Shown: positions 22,013-29,414, counted from the stretch's first letter. The stretch: 32,000 bases of DNA from Synechocystis sp. PCC 6803 substr. PCC-P (GCF_000284455.1 NC_017039.1:1530001-1562000); one strand, 5' to 3'. Translations and numbers: made by a program. The notes: generated by a model not told the origin, from the sequence alone.

Positions 22013-22086
22013 CGGGATGTAGCGCAGCTTGGTAGCGCGCCTGCTTTGGGAGCAGGATGTCGCAGGTTCAAATCCTGTCATCCCGA
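22013..22086 (+). tRNA. tRNA-Pro (anticodon UGG), no encoded CCA
   Basis: Folded by hand. Acceptor CGGGATG/CATCCCG, D arm GCGC-AGCTTGGTA-GCGC, anticodon arm CCTGC-TTTGGGA-GCAGG with anticodon TGG, T arm GCAGG-TTCAAAT-CCTGT, discriminator A. Confidence 0.9.
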
Positions 22087-22144
22087 TACTTTCCACCTAC
22101 TGTTGCGCCCCTGCGATAGTACTATGTTAGCCCATTTGATAGGG

Positions 22145-22439
22145 TTAATTCCTATCGGGGTCGAATGGGAGTTTAGGGTTCAACTCAAGCACCCAACGGT
22201 AGTGTTGTTCCTCGACACATCCGCCACCAAACTCAATGGTGTAGTACTCTATTATGGTGTAGTACTCTATTATGTCGTCTGGGTCAATGTGACCAGCAAA
22301 AGCTATTTTCCGTACAAGATCATTGATAGCAAAGCATAGAACACGTTGCTTAAGTTCATCAACGTCGATGACTTCTGCACCGATACTTTCAAGGTACTCT
22401 TTAGAAGTGATTTCTAAAGAAAATATAAAGAAAAGATGA
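22145..22439 (-). pseudogene. 3-prime remnant of an unidentified gene truncated by the IS701-type element
   Basis: The minus-strand frame is open from the IS boundary to TAA at 22147-22145 (...ITSKEYLESIGAEVIDVDELKQRVLCFAINDLVRKIAFAGHIDPDDIIEYYTIIEYYTIEFGGGCVEEQHYRWVLELNPKLPFDPDRN). It has no ATG and contains an in-frame 18-bp tandem duplication. Confidence 0.35.
22236..22271. repeat. perfect 18-bp tandem duplication (ATGGTGTAGTACTCTATT x2)
   Basis: Read directly from the sequence. The copies are 22236-22253 and 22254-22271. On the minus strand this duplicates IIEYYT in frame. Confidence 0.9.
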
Positions 22440-22628
22440 TATCGCTCTTCTATCAGTGTAGGTGGGAAGGTAAAATAATTGGAGCAATAATAAGGTCTCC
22501 TAAGGCCATTACTGCCTTCTTCAATTTGTCAAATAAGCAATGGAAGTTTCTCAATAACTGAGGTGTATAAATCACCGTCATCCACGGCTTTAATAAATTA
22601 AAGTAACATAATGGCTGAATTATTAATC

Positions 22629-22930
22629 TCATGTTGTTAAGTATGTTTTTCCATCCACTTTTTGATTCCACCAAGGACGTTTTTGTATATTCTGATAAGC
22701 TATCTTCCTAGTCTGTTTTGATTTGTTTAAGAAGTTATCATGCGGAGGCAAATTTTCTATCTGAAGACTTACCATTAAATATACGCTCATCACTATTTCC
22801 CGCCATTTTTCTATTCTGGAATAGTCCATCATTCTAAAATCTGCCCACCCCAGTTCATTCTTTATTTGCTTTAATCCATACTCTATCCAGTTCCTTGCTC
22901 CATATAAGTTACCCACCTCTTTATATTTTA
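22629..22930 (-). pseudogene. IS701-family transposase, C-terminal fragment
   Basis: KYKEVGNLYGARNWIEYGLKQIKNELGWADFRMMDYSRIEKWREIVMSVYLMVSLQ carries the catalytic-Glu region. It is separated from the N-terminal part by the nested IS630 element. Confidence 0.8.
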
Positions 22931-22956
22931 TAGTAGTTTCGAATAAAGCTGAGACG

Positions 22957-23451
22957 CTAAACGCCACAGTAAGAACGGATAATTTCATCAAGAGACGTGT
23001 CAATAGGAGCGTACATTCTAGCTCGTTTCAAGGCACTAAAGTCATGCTCAATATCATTTAAATCAGGAGAATATTTCGGCAAAAAAAGAACTTCATGACC
23101 TGCTTCTTTAGCCAATTCTTTAATGGCAGTTTTACGATGAATAGGAGCATTATCCATTATTAATATTGATGGAATGTCGAGGGAGGGTAGCAAATATAAT
23201 TTTAACCATCCTTCAAAGCCTTCTGCATTCAAACTCCCGGTAAAAACCATCGGCGCAATCAAATCTTTTTTTCCTTTTCTTCTCCCTGCTACTAGATTTT
23301 CTCTGACTCCCCTTTTTCCTTGTCTATCTCCATAAACTTTTTTTCCTTTTTTTGACCAGGCATAAATACAAGCCTGGATTGCTTCGAATCCAGATTCATC
23401 TATGTAAACTATAGCTTGACTACCATAGAGCTTAATTAGTTCTCTTAACAT
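22957..23451 (-). CDS. IS630-family transposase, C-terminal DDE part
   Basis: 164-aa ORF with VYIDESGF (D), LIMDNAPIH (D) and PKYSPDLNDIEHDF (E). Confidence 0.8.
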   Translation of the reverse strand: MLRELIKLYGSQAIVYIDESGFEAIQACIYAWSKKGKKVYGDRQGKRGVRENLVAGRRKGKKDLIAPMVFTGSLNAEGFEGWLKLYLLPSLDIPSILIMDNAPIHRKTAIKELAKEAGHEVLFLPKYSPDLNDIEHDFSALKRARMYAPIDTSLDEIIRSYCGV

Positions 23452-23804
23452 TCTATAGTACTTAACTCGTTCCTCCCGGTTTCTTTCTCGATAACGTAGT
23501 TCTTTTTTTTTCTGTTTATTTTCATTTTCTTTAATGCGTAATATACGGCACTCGGCCTCACTCCAAATTTCTTGGCTCTGTCTATCAATCTTGCATCGGG
23601 ATTTTCTTCTACGTCTTTTTTTAGAGCTTCCCAGTCTAATTTCCTATGGCGACGCTCTACTTTTGTTGGGCTTAAATCTACTCTATTTAACCATCTGTAT
23701 ATCGAGGCTTTTCCTATTTTATATATCTTGGAAGCCTCAGTTATTTTTCCTCCAGCTTCTATATAAGCTACTACCCTTTGCCTTAAATCTAAACTGTAAG
23801 CCAT
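23445..23804 (-). CDS. IS630-family transposase, N-terminal HTH part (frameshifted copy)
   Basis: 119-aa ORF with HTH-like regions (LRQRVVAYIEAGGKITEASKIYKIGKASIYRWL). It leaves the transposase frame at an A9 run (plus-strand T9 at 23503-23511). Confidence 0.8.
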   Translation of the reverse strand: MAYSLDLRQRVVAYIEAGGKITEASKIYKIGKASIYRWLNRVDLSPTKVERRHRKLDWEALKKDVEENPDARLIDRAKKFGVRPSAVYYALKKMKINRKKKNYVIEKETGRNELSTIEC

Positions 23805-23992
23805 TGTTTAAACCTGTTCATTTTGTACACTCCATAATTTTACATTAAATTCTCTCATCGTTAATTGAAATGACTATACTCCTGATACTTTTGTCATAAT
23901 ACAATACGTTGAATTTGATGGCATTTTTTCCTTGTTATCCGTTACTTGCTAATATCTTTTTTCCCCTCTCTTTCCATAAATAATTTCTCTCA

Positions 23993-24014
23993 CGTATCTT
24001 ATTCGTATCTTACT
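23993..24014. repeat. 11-bp tandem duplication inside the IS701-type transposase gene
   Basis: CGTATCTTA occurs at 23993-24001 and again at 24004-12 with an 11-nt period. Deleting one 11-nt unit restores the transposase reading frame. Confidence 0.8.
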
Positions 24015-24088
24015 TCCGACTTTCCACTTGCAAATTCTCTCTCAAATTTTCTCCATTTGTTCGCTCTTACTCTTTCCTCTTTCCCAAG

Positions 24089-24802
24089 CTAGACTCCATG
24101 ATTACTCCTTATAGCTAGTACATATTCTAGATTTTCTTTTTCTAATACTCTTACAAAGTTCTCGCTGCTCTCTCCATATTCACTATCTGCTAATACTACC
24201 TTTATATTGAAATCAAGCTCTTTTATTTCTTTGATAATTTCCCCTGCTGTCTCTGGTTTGCTTTTGTATTTATCCCCCTCTTTTAGTCTTGCCTCTGGTT
24301 TATATACTTTGCTGATTAATGGTACTGTCATTCCCTTTATAATTCCATAACACATCACCTCTACTATTCCATTTTCTATTTTTCCTAGATTGCCAATATA
24401 CTGACGCGCAACATAATCTGTCTTTCTTCCTTTTTTCCTATCCCCTGTTTCGTCTATGAGCATTGTTATTGCTTCTCCTTCCGCAAAACTCAGAATTTTA
24501 TTAATTCTTCTTTCCCTTACCTCCTCTAACGACCAAGGGCTGTTACCGAAGAAATAGTCAAATCCTTGTCCATTTTCTAGTCCTACTACCTTAGCTATTT
24601 CTGGGAAGGTTTTTCTCTTGATATTCGCAATTAATCCTAGATACAAGTATTTAAAGTATTCAAAGCTTCTCACTTCTGGAAATAAGTCTCTGTATCCTTC
24701 GCAGTATTTGTCAATGAATTGTACTGTTTCTTTTGCTTCACGTGGGGCAACCATATACCACCTCTGCATTTCAGCCTTTTTCCTCCATTCTATCCTACCC
24801 AC
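24089..24802 (-). pseudogene. IS701-family transposase, N-terminal fragment (ends at an in-frame TAG)
   Basis: 237-aa ORF ending ...LAIRSNHGV-TAG. The frame continues after the stop (LGKEERVRANKWRKFEREF...), so this is a truncated fragment. Confidence 0.8.
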
Positions 24803-24891
24803 AATGATAGAAGAGCGATAGGTATTCTGTCACCGTAAACATCACTTAGAATGGGAGCCAATGCCACATCAATGCCTTTGGGGTAAAGCCA

Positions 24892-25466
24892 ATGCCCGCC
24901 GCCATAACCGTCAAACTTGACAGCCTATCCCTTTCCGATGAGCAGTTTTATCAACTCTGTTTGAACAATCGAGAGTTGCGTTTTGAGCGTAATTGCCAGG
25001 GAGATTTAGTGATCATGTCACCCACCGGAGGCGAAACCAGTAACCGTAAGGGCATTTTGATACTATGGCTAGGTCTTTGGGCAGAACGCGATGGCACCGG
25101 AATTTTTTCGATTCTTCTGGGGGCTTCAAATTACCCAATGGAGCCGACCGATCGCCAGATGCGGCCTGGTTGAAACGGGAACGATGGGAAAGTTTAACCC
25201 CGGAACAAAAACAGAGATTTGTGCCCCTCTGCCCGGATTTTGTGATCGAATTAAGATCGCCCAGTGATGAACTAAAACCCCTGCGGAAAAAAATGCAAGA
25301 GTATCAAGAAAATGGGGCTCAATTGGGTTGGTTAATCGATCGCCAAACTCGCACTGTGGAAATCTATCGTCCTGGTCAGGCTGTGGAAGTTTTAGAAAAT
25401 CCTGAAAGCCTCAGTGGTGAGGCTGTATTGCCAGAATTTGTTTTGGAGTTAGCGTCGATTTGGTAG
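24892..25466 (+). pseudogene. Uma2-family (DUF820) endonuclease gene, frameshifted
   Basis: Two overlapping ORFs (24892-25173 and 25065-25466) together give a full Uma2 protein (...LVIMSPTGGETS...GTGI / FFDSSGGFKLPNGADRSPDAAW...CPDFVIELRSPSD...). The frame changes at a T6 run, 25103-25108. Confidence 0.75.
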
Positions 25467-25502
25467 ATTTTTGTAGATCTTTATGGTGTCGCTAAAGGTT
25501 AG

Positions 25503-27155
25503 TTATTCCCAAATTTCACAGGCCAATTCCCCTGCTTTTTGCGAGAAACGAATATTCTCCCGATAATCCACAGGACAATCAATCACTGTGGGCACAGGTT
25601 GAGCTAAAGCTTCTTTGAGGATAGGAATTAAATCCGCCGCCGCTTCCACCCGATAACCTTTGAGACCCATACTTTCAGCAAACTTAACAAAGTCTGGATT
25701 GCCAAATTTAATAAAGCTGGATTCGCCAAATTGGTTGATCTGTTTCCACTCAATTAGGCCGTAACCGTTGTCGTTAAAAATCAACGTGACAAAGGGAGTG
25801 CCCACCCGCATGGCCGTTTCCAACTCCTGACAGTTCATCATAAAACCGCCGTCCCCCGTCACTGCAACAATGTTGCGCTCAGGATAAACCAGCTTAGCGG
25901 CGATCGCCCCTGGAATGGCAATGCCCATGGCCGCAAAACCATTGGAAATTAAACAGGTGTTGGGGCTGTCACAGTGGTAATGGCGGGCCATCCACATTTT
26001 ATGGGCCCCCACATCGGAAATCACCACATCATCGGGGCCCATCACTTGGCGCAGGTCATAAATAATTTTTTGTGGCTTAACGGGAAAACCTGTGTCATTG
26101 GCATAACATTCATACTCGGCCCGAATTTCCGCCCGGAGAGAAGCCCCGTAGGGAGTGGGTTTACCTTGGCGATCGCACCGTTTGAGCAAATCCATCAGGG
26201 AATCGGTAATGTCCCCCACCACCTCCACCTGGGGAATATAACTGCTATCAATTTCCGCCGGAGTAGCGCCAATGTGAATGATGGGCAAATCTCCAGTGGG
26301 ATTCCATTTTTTCGGAGAATATTCAATTAAGTCATAGCCCACCGCAATGACCAAATCGCTTTTTTCAAAGGCACAGGTAATGTGATCCCGTTGTTGTAAG
26401 CCCACTGTCCAAAGGGAAAGGGGATGGGTGTAGGGCATGGTGCCTTTACCCATGAAGGTGTTGGCCACGGGAATATTCAAACTGGTGGCAAATTCCGTCA
26501 GGGCTTCGCTGGCTTCGGCTCGGATGGTGCCATTGCCGGCCAGAATAATGGGGTTTTTGGCCTTGGAAATGGCGTTGGCCGCTGTGCCCAAAGTACGAAA
26601 AGCTGCATAAACCTTTTCCCGACTGTCCCGCCGTAGGGGTTTCCCATCCACCGGCATAGCGGCAATATTTTCTGGTAAATCAATGTGGGTGGCCCCTGGT
26701 TTTTCGCTCTGAGCCAATTTGAACGCTTTACGAACCACTTCCGGGGTAATGCTGGGGCGGACAATTTGCCTGGTCCATTTAGTCACCGGGTCGAACATGG
26801 CCACCAAGTCCAGGTATTGGTGGGATTCGATGTGCATCCGATCTGTGCCCACCTGTCCAGTGATGGCCACCAGGGGCGCTCCGTCCAAGTTAGCATCCGC
26901 TACCCCGGTCATCAGGTTGGTGGCTCCAGGCCCCAGGGTGGAAAGACAAACCCCCGCTTTGCCCGTTAAACGGCCGTAAACGTCGGCCATAAAGGCTGCT
27001 CCCTGTTCGTGGCGGGTGGTAATAAAGCGGATGGGCGAGTTTTTCAGCGCTTCGAGGATGTGGAGGTTTTCCTCTCCGGGTACGCCAAAAATGTATTCAA
27101 CGTCCTCATTTTCCAGACATTGAACCAATAGGTCTGCGGTGTTCATTTGCCCCAT
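25503..27155 (-). CDS. ThDP-dependent acetolactate-synthase-like enzyme (second paralogue, 550 aa)
   Basis: The N-terminal VEYIFGVPGEENLHILEAL...RHEQGAAFMADVYGRLTGK is the Pyr domain. The ThDP motif is TGDGGFMMNCQELETA...IFNDNGYG. It resembles catabolic/AlsS-type or IlvB-like enzymes. Confidence 0.88.
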   Translation of the reverse strand: MGQMNTADLLVQCLENEDVEYIFGVPGEENLHILEALKNSPIRFITTRHEQGAAFMADVYGRLTGKAGVCLSTLGPGATNLMTGVADANLDGAPLVAITGQVGTDRMHIESHQYLDLVAMFDPVTKWTRQIVRPSITPEVVRKAFKLAQSEKPGATHIDLPENIAAMPVDGKPLRRDSREKVYAAFRTLGTAANAISKAKNPIILAGNGTIRAEASEALTEFATSLNIPVANTFMGKGTMPYTHPLSLWTVGLQQRDHITCAFEKSDLVIAVGYDLIEYSPKKWNPTGDLPIIHIGATPAEIDSSYIPQVEVVGDITDSLMDLLKRCDRQGKPTPYGASLRAEIRAEYECYANDTGFPVKPQKIIYDLRQVMGPDDVVISDVGAHKMWMARHYHCDSPNTCLISNGFAAMGIAIPGAIAAKLVYPERNIVAVTGDGGFMMNCQELETAMRVGTPFVTLIFNDNGYGLIEWKQINQFGESSFIKFGNPDFVKFAESMGLKGYRVEAAADLIPILKEALAQPVPTVIDCPVDYRENIRFSQKAGELACEIWE

Positions 27156-27454
27156 GGTGGTGCCTAGTTCCCCTAGCTGTGTGAGCTATTTGAAAAATTT
27201 GAAATAAAACTATTTTCAAAATCCCCCTCTAGCCTAACGAATCCGGAAGGATTTTGGCATGGAAGTTTGGGGGGATATGATTTAGGTCGGGGAGACAATG
27301 GCTAATCGGCGATCGGGGCAATCATCTGCTCTGGGACCACCCAAGCGTCGAACTGGGCCAGTTTCAGGGATCTACTTCGGGTGGATAAACAAACAGGTTC
27401 CTAACTCCGGCAAAGGCAAAGTTAGTTATGGGCAAAGTTGCAAATTATGGGCTG

Positions 27455-27679
27455 TCAATCCATGGGGGCATTTTGATTGAGGCGATAAAACCGCTCTAAA
27501 CCGAAGGGAACCGCCATTAAAGTCAGTTTTAACGCCCAGGGAGCAAAAAAGAGAGTGACCAAAATCGACAATACGGCCACACAACCTAACGAAGCCCTGA
27601 CCACATCTTCCTGCACAGTGAAGCACAGGATGGCAGAAAACGAGGCTAAGGCCAAAGATAGGACGGAAAGTACCAACAT
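27455..27679 (-). CDS. possible small two-TM membrane protein
   Basis: The ORF is open from TTG 27721. ATG 27679 gives 74 aa (MLVLSVLSLALASFSAILCF...CVAVLSILVTLFFAPWALKL...) with two hydrophobic helices. No family recognised and no strong RBS. Confidence 0.35.
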   Translation of the reverse strand: MLVLSVLSLALASFSAILCFTVQEDVVRASLGCVAVLSILVTLFFAPWALKLTLMAVPFGLERFYRLNQNAPMD

Positions 27680-27910
27680 AAAGCAGTAAGTTCGAGGATG
27701 GAGAGGGGAGAATCCAGTCAAAAGCTAAGTTAGGCGATCGGATTGGGGCTAGGCAAATAAACCCTCGGGGCGGCAGACACTTCTATGGAGAAATATCAAT
27801 CTTTCACCGCTGTATCTAAATATACCATAAAGTTTTGTTAACGAGTGGATAGACTACGGTCAATCCCTCATCTTCGCCTTTCCTGAGACTTGCTGGGGCG
27901 GGTATTACCG

Positions 27911-27984
27911 AAAAAATAGGCAAAAAAATAAGGAAGTCCGCAAGGAGTCTTGCCATGTTTCGACCCTCCGGCTGCTTCCTTATT
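27911..27984 (-). terminator. putative intrinsic terminator of txlA (long hairpin plus U-tract)
   Basis: On the minus strand, AAUAAGGAAG (27984-27975) pairs with CUUCCUUAUU (27936-27927) around a structured 38-nt insert. UUUUUGCCUAUUUUUU (27926-27911) follows immediately. Confidence 0.45.
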
Positions 27985-28096
27985 AATCTTACTCCTCACA
28001 CACAAATAAATGTTAGCCGATCGCCTAAGGGCGGGATAGCCGAACCTGTAGCAGTTTAATGATTGGCATAGTTTCTGGCTATGGTTGCTCAAGCTC

Positions 28097-28639
28097 CTAG
28101 CTGGGGCGGGGATTACCGTGACTGCGGGGAGAGGTGGGGTCAGCTTCAATGGTTCGGTTTTCCACCACTGAAGTTTGGCCAGTTACATTGGCGTAGGGGA
28201 TGGGTTCGTGGGCTACCAGGGCAGTGATATTTTGCTCCAACACCCTCAACGGTTGCTCTCCAATGCTCTCGGCGATCGCCGTGCCGGTGTCATCTAGGTA
28301 AACAAAATGGGGAATGCCATCCACCCGATAGCGCAACACTTCCGGCAACCATTTATTGTTGTCCACATTGAGCATGGCAAAGTTCACCGAACCGCCATAG
28401 TTTTTCTTCAACTCTGCTAAGTCCGGAGCCATGGCTTGGCAGCTAGTACACCAGTCAGCATAGAATTCCACCAAGGTGGGACGACCATTGTCCAAGGCAG
28501 TGGCCAGGGGAATGGCCCGCTGGGCTTGGGCTTCTAGGGATATACCCTGGGTTTGGGTTTGGAAACCGAGATAAACGGCCGCACTCAAGGCGATCGCCAC
28601 TACGGCTAATAAGGCGTTACGAATTTTGGCCGGGGTCAT
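28097..28639 (-). CDS. txlA: membrane-anchored thioredoxin-like protein (TxlA type)
   Basis: 180 aa. N-terminal TM LLAVVAIALSAAVYLGF and thioredoxin-fold active site WCTSCQ (CxxC). Confidence 0.88.
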   Translation of the reverse strand: MTPAKIRNALLAVVAIALSAAVYLGFQTQTQGISLEAQAQRAIPLATALDNGRPTLVEFYADWCTSCQAMAPDLAELKKNYGGSVNFAMLNVDNNKWLPEVLRYRVDGIPHFVYLDDTGTAIAESIGEQPLRVLEQNITALVAHEPIPYANVTGQTSVVENRTIEADPTSPRSHGNPRPS

Positions 28640-28749
28640 GGTCTAGGGATATTTGTACGAAGTTAGGAATTCTATCCAAGGTAACAAACGAACACTAGGG
28701 ACTGAACTGATTGCCTGAATTTGCCTAAAGTTAAAACCGATTAGTCAAA

Positions 28750-29184
28750 CTATTCTGTCAGCCATTTCTTAATCCGTTCAATGTCTCGCCAATCGGGCTT
28801 ACGCTCGAGACCATCATCCAAACTTTCCATCACTCCCGCAGCGATTTCCTGATCAAAGGACATCATTTGCGCCGCTAACTCCACCTGTTCCCGTACACCG
28901 GTTTTTTTATTAGCCAACATGGCCAAGGCATAGTTAATCCTTGCCTGGGGATGATAACCGTCAATTTTCACCGACCTTTGGGCCGCTTTGAAGGCCAAAG
29001 TTGGCTTGTCGTCCAGGAGATACAGCCAAGCTAGGCAAGCCCACACCGTCGCATTTTTCGGGGAGCTATCGGCAATGTCCTTAAACACCGGGATCAGGGT
29101 TTCGGGGCCTTCCCCCCCGTTATATCTGGCGATCGCCTGGTTGAAGGCATCTTCTGGGGAGATTACGGACTCAGTCATGGTCAA
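28750..29184 (-). CDS. TPR-like repeat protein
   Basis: 144-aa helical protein with TPR-like segments (NATVWACLAWLYLLDDKPTLAFKAAQRSVKIDGYHPQARINYALAM). Confidence 0.65.
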   Translation of the reverse strand: MTMTESVISPEDAFNQAIARYNGGEGPETLIPVFKDIADSSPKNATVWACLAWLYLLDDKPTLAFKAAQRSVKIDGYHPQARINYALAMLANKKTGVREQVELAAQMMSFDQEIAAGVMESLDDGLERKPDWRDIERIKKWLTE

Positions 29185-29399
29185 AATTAGCTGAATTTGG
29201 CAGTGGAATGGTTCAACGCAGTCAAAAAGCAGGCAGATAATCCGCCCAACTCTTAATCTTAGAGGATCTTTGGTGCCCGCCGTGGTCAGCGCCCAAGCCT
29301 AATTACCCCCCTCAACAATGCTGTACGCTGATCCCCCCCTCTGATAGACTTTTGACTATTAACACTTAATCACAAGCTAGGGAAACCTAATCAGCAGTT

Positions 29400-29406
29400 G
29401 GGAGGA
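29400..29406 (+). promoter_or_regulatory. Shine-Dalgarno sequence for the FBP/SBPase gene
   Basis: GGGAGGA lies 8 nt upstream of GTG 29415 and supports the GTG start. Confidence 0.55.
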
Positions 29407-29414
29407 TTCAATTC

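Larger units (their letters stand above)
22929..23878 (-). mobile_element. IS630/Tc1-mariner family insertion sequence (ISY100-like, about 946-947 bp) with TA target duplication
   Basis: Imperfect terminal IRs: TAGTAGTTTCGAATAAAGCTGAGA at 22931 onward versus the reverse complement of 23853-23876 (18/24 match). The element is flanked by TA at 22929-22930 and 23877-23878. Its size matches the roughly 947-bp ISY100 I recall. Confidence 0.85.
22440..24820 (-). mobile_element. IS701-family insertion sequence (about 1.41 kb without the nested element), decayed
   Basis: The terminal inverted repeats are TATCGCTCTTCTATCAGTGTAGGTGGGA (22440 onward) and the reverse complement of 24793-24820. They match 16/16 at the tips and 25/28 overall. 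The element encodes a DDE transposase with IDETGDRKKGRKTDYVARQYIGNLGKIENG and YGARNWIEYGLKQIKNELGWADF, both typical of the IS701 family. Confidence 0.8.

Noticed and set aside
22236-22271. Whether the short tandem repeats (18-mer x2, 10-mer x2, 11-mer x2) could be a CRISPR array or minisatellite.
   Set aside because: Each has only two adjacent copies with no spacers, and no repeat-spacer periodicity appears anywhere in the window. There is no CRISPR array here.
21923-22339. A 138-aa plus-strand ORF from the track.
   Set aside because: It reads straight through the tRNA-Pro gene and the minus-strand gene remnant, and it has no recognisable motifs. It is most likely a chance ORF.
22453-22674. 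A 73-aa minus-strand ORF at the left end of the IS701-type element.
   Set aside because: It overlaps the transposase C-terminus out of frame and runs into the terminal inverted repeat. It is likely fortuitous in AT-rich DNA.
27298-27480. A 60-aa plus-strand ORF in the ALS-like upstream region.
   Set aside because: It has a basic, low-complexity sequence and no RBS. It overlaps the 3-prime end of the small minus-strand membrane ORF and lies in a probable promoter region.
27970-27979. The minus-strand sequence GGAAGCAGCC looks like the conserved SRP (4.5S/ffs) RNA domain IV motif, and it sits inside a long hairpin.
   Set aside because: The motif lies on the 5-prime side of the hairpin rather than after an apical GNRA tetraloop. 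The only GNRA-like loop (GCAA) is on the opposite strand, and the symmetric/asymmetric loop pattern of helix 8 is missing. A txlA terminator hairpin followed by a U-tract explains it better.
27868-28149. A 93-aa minus-strand ORF overlapping the txlA 3-prime end and UTR.
   Set aside because: It overlaps the end of txlA in another frame, spans the terminator hairpin and U-tract, and has a low-complexity basic composition. It is judged non-coding.
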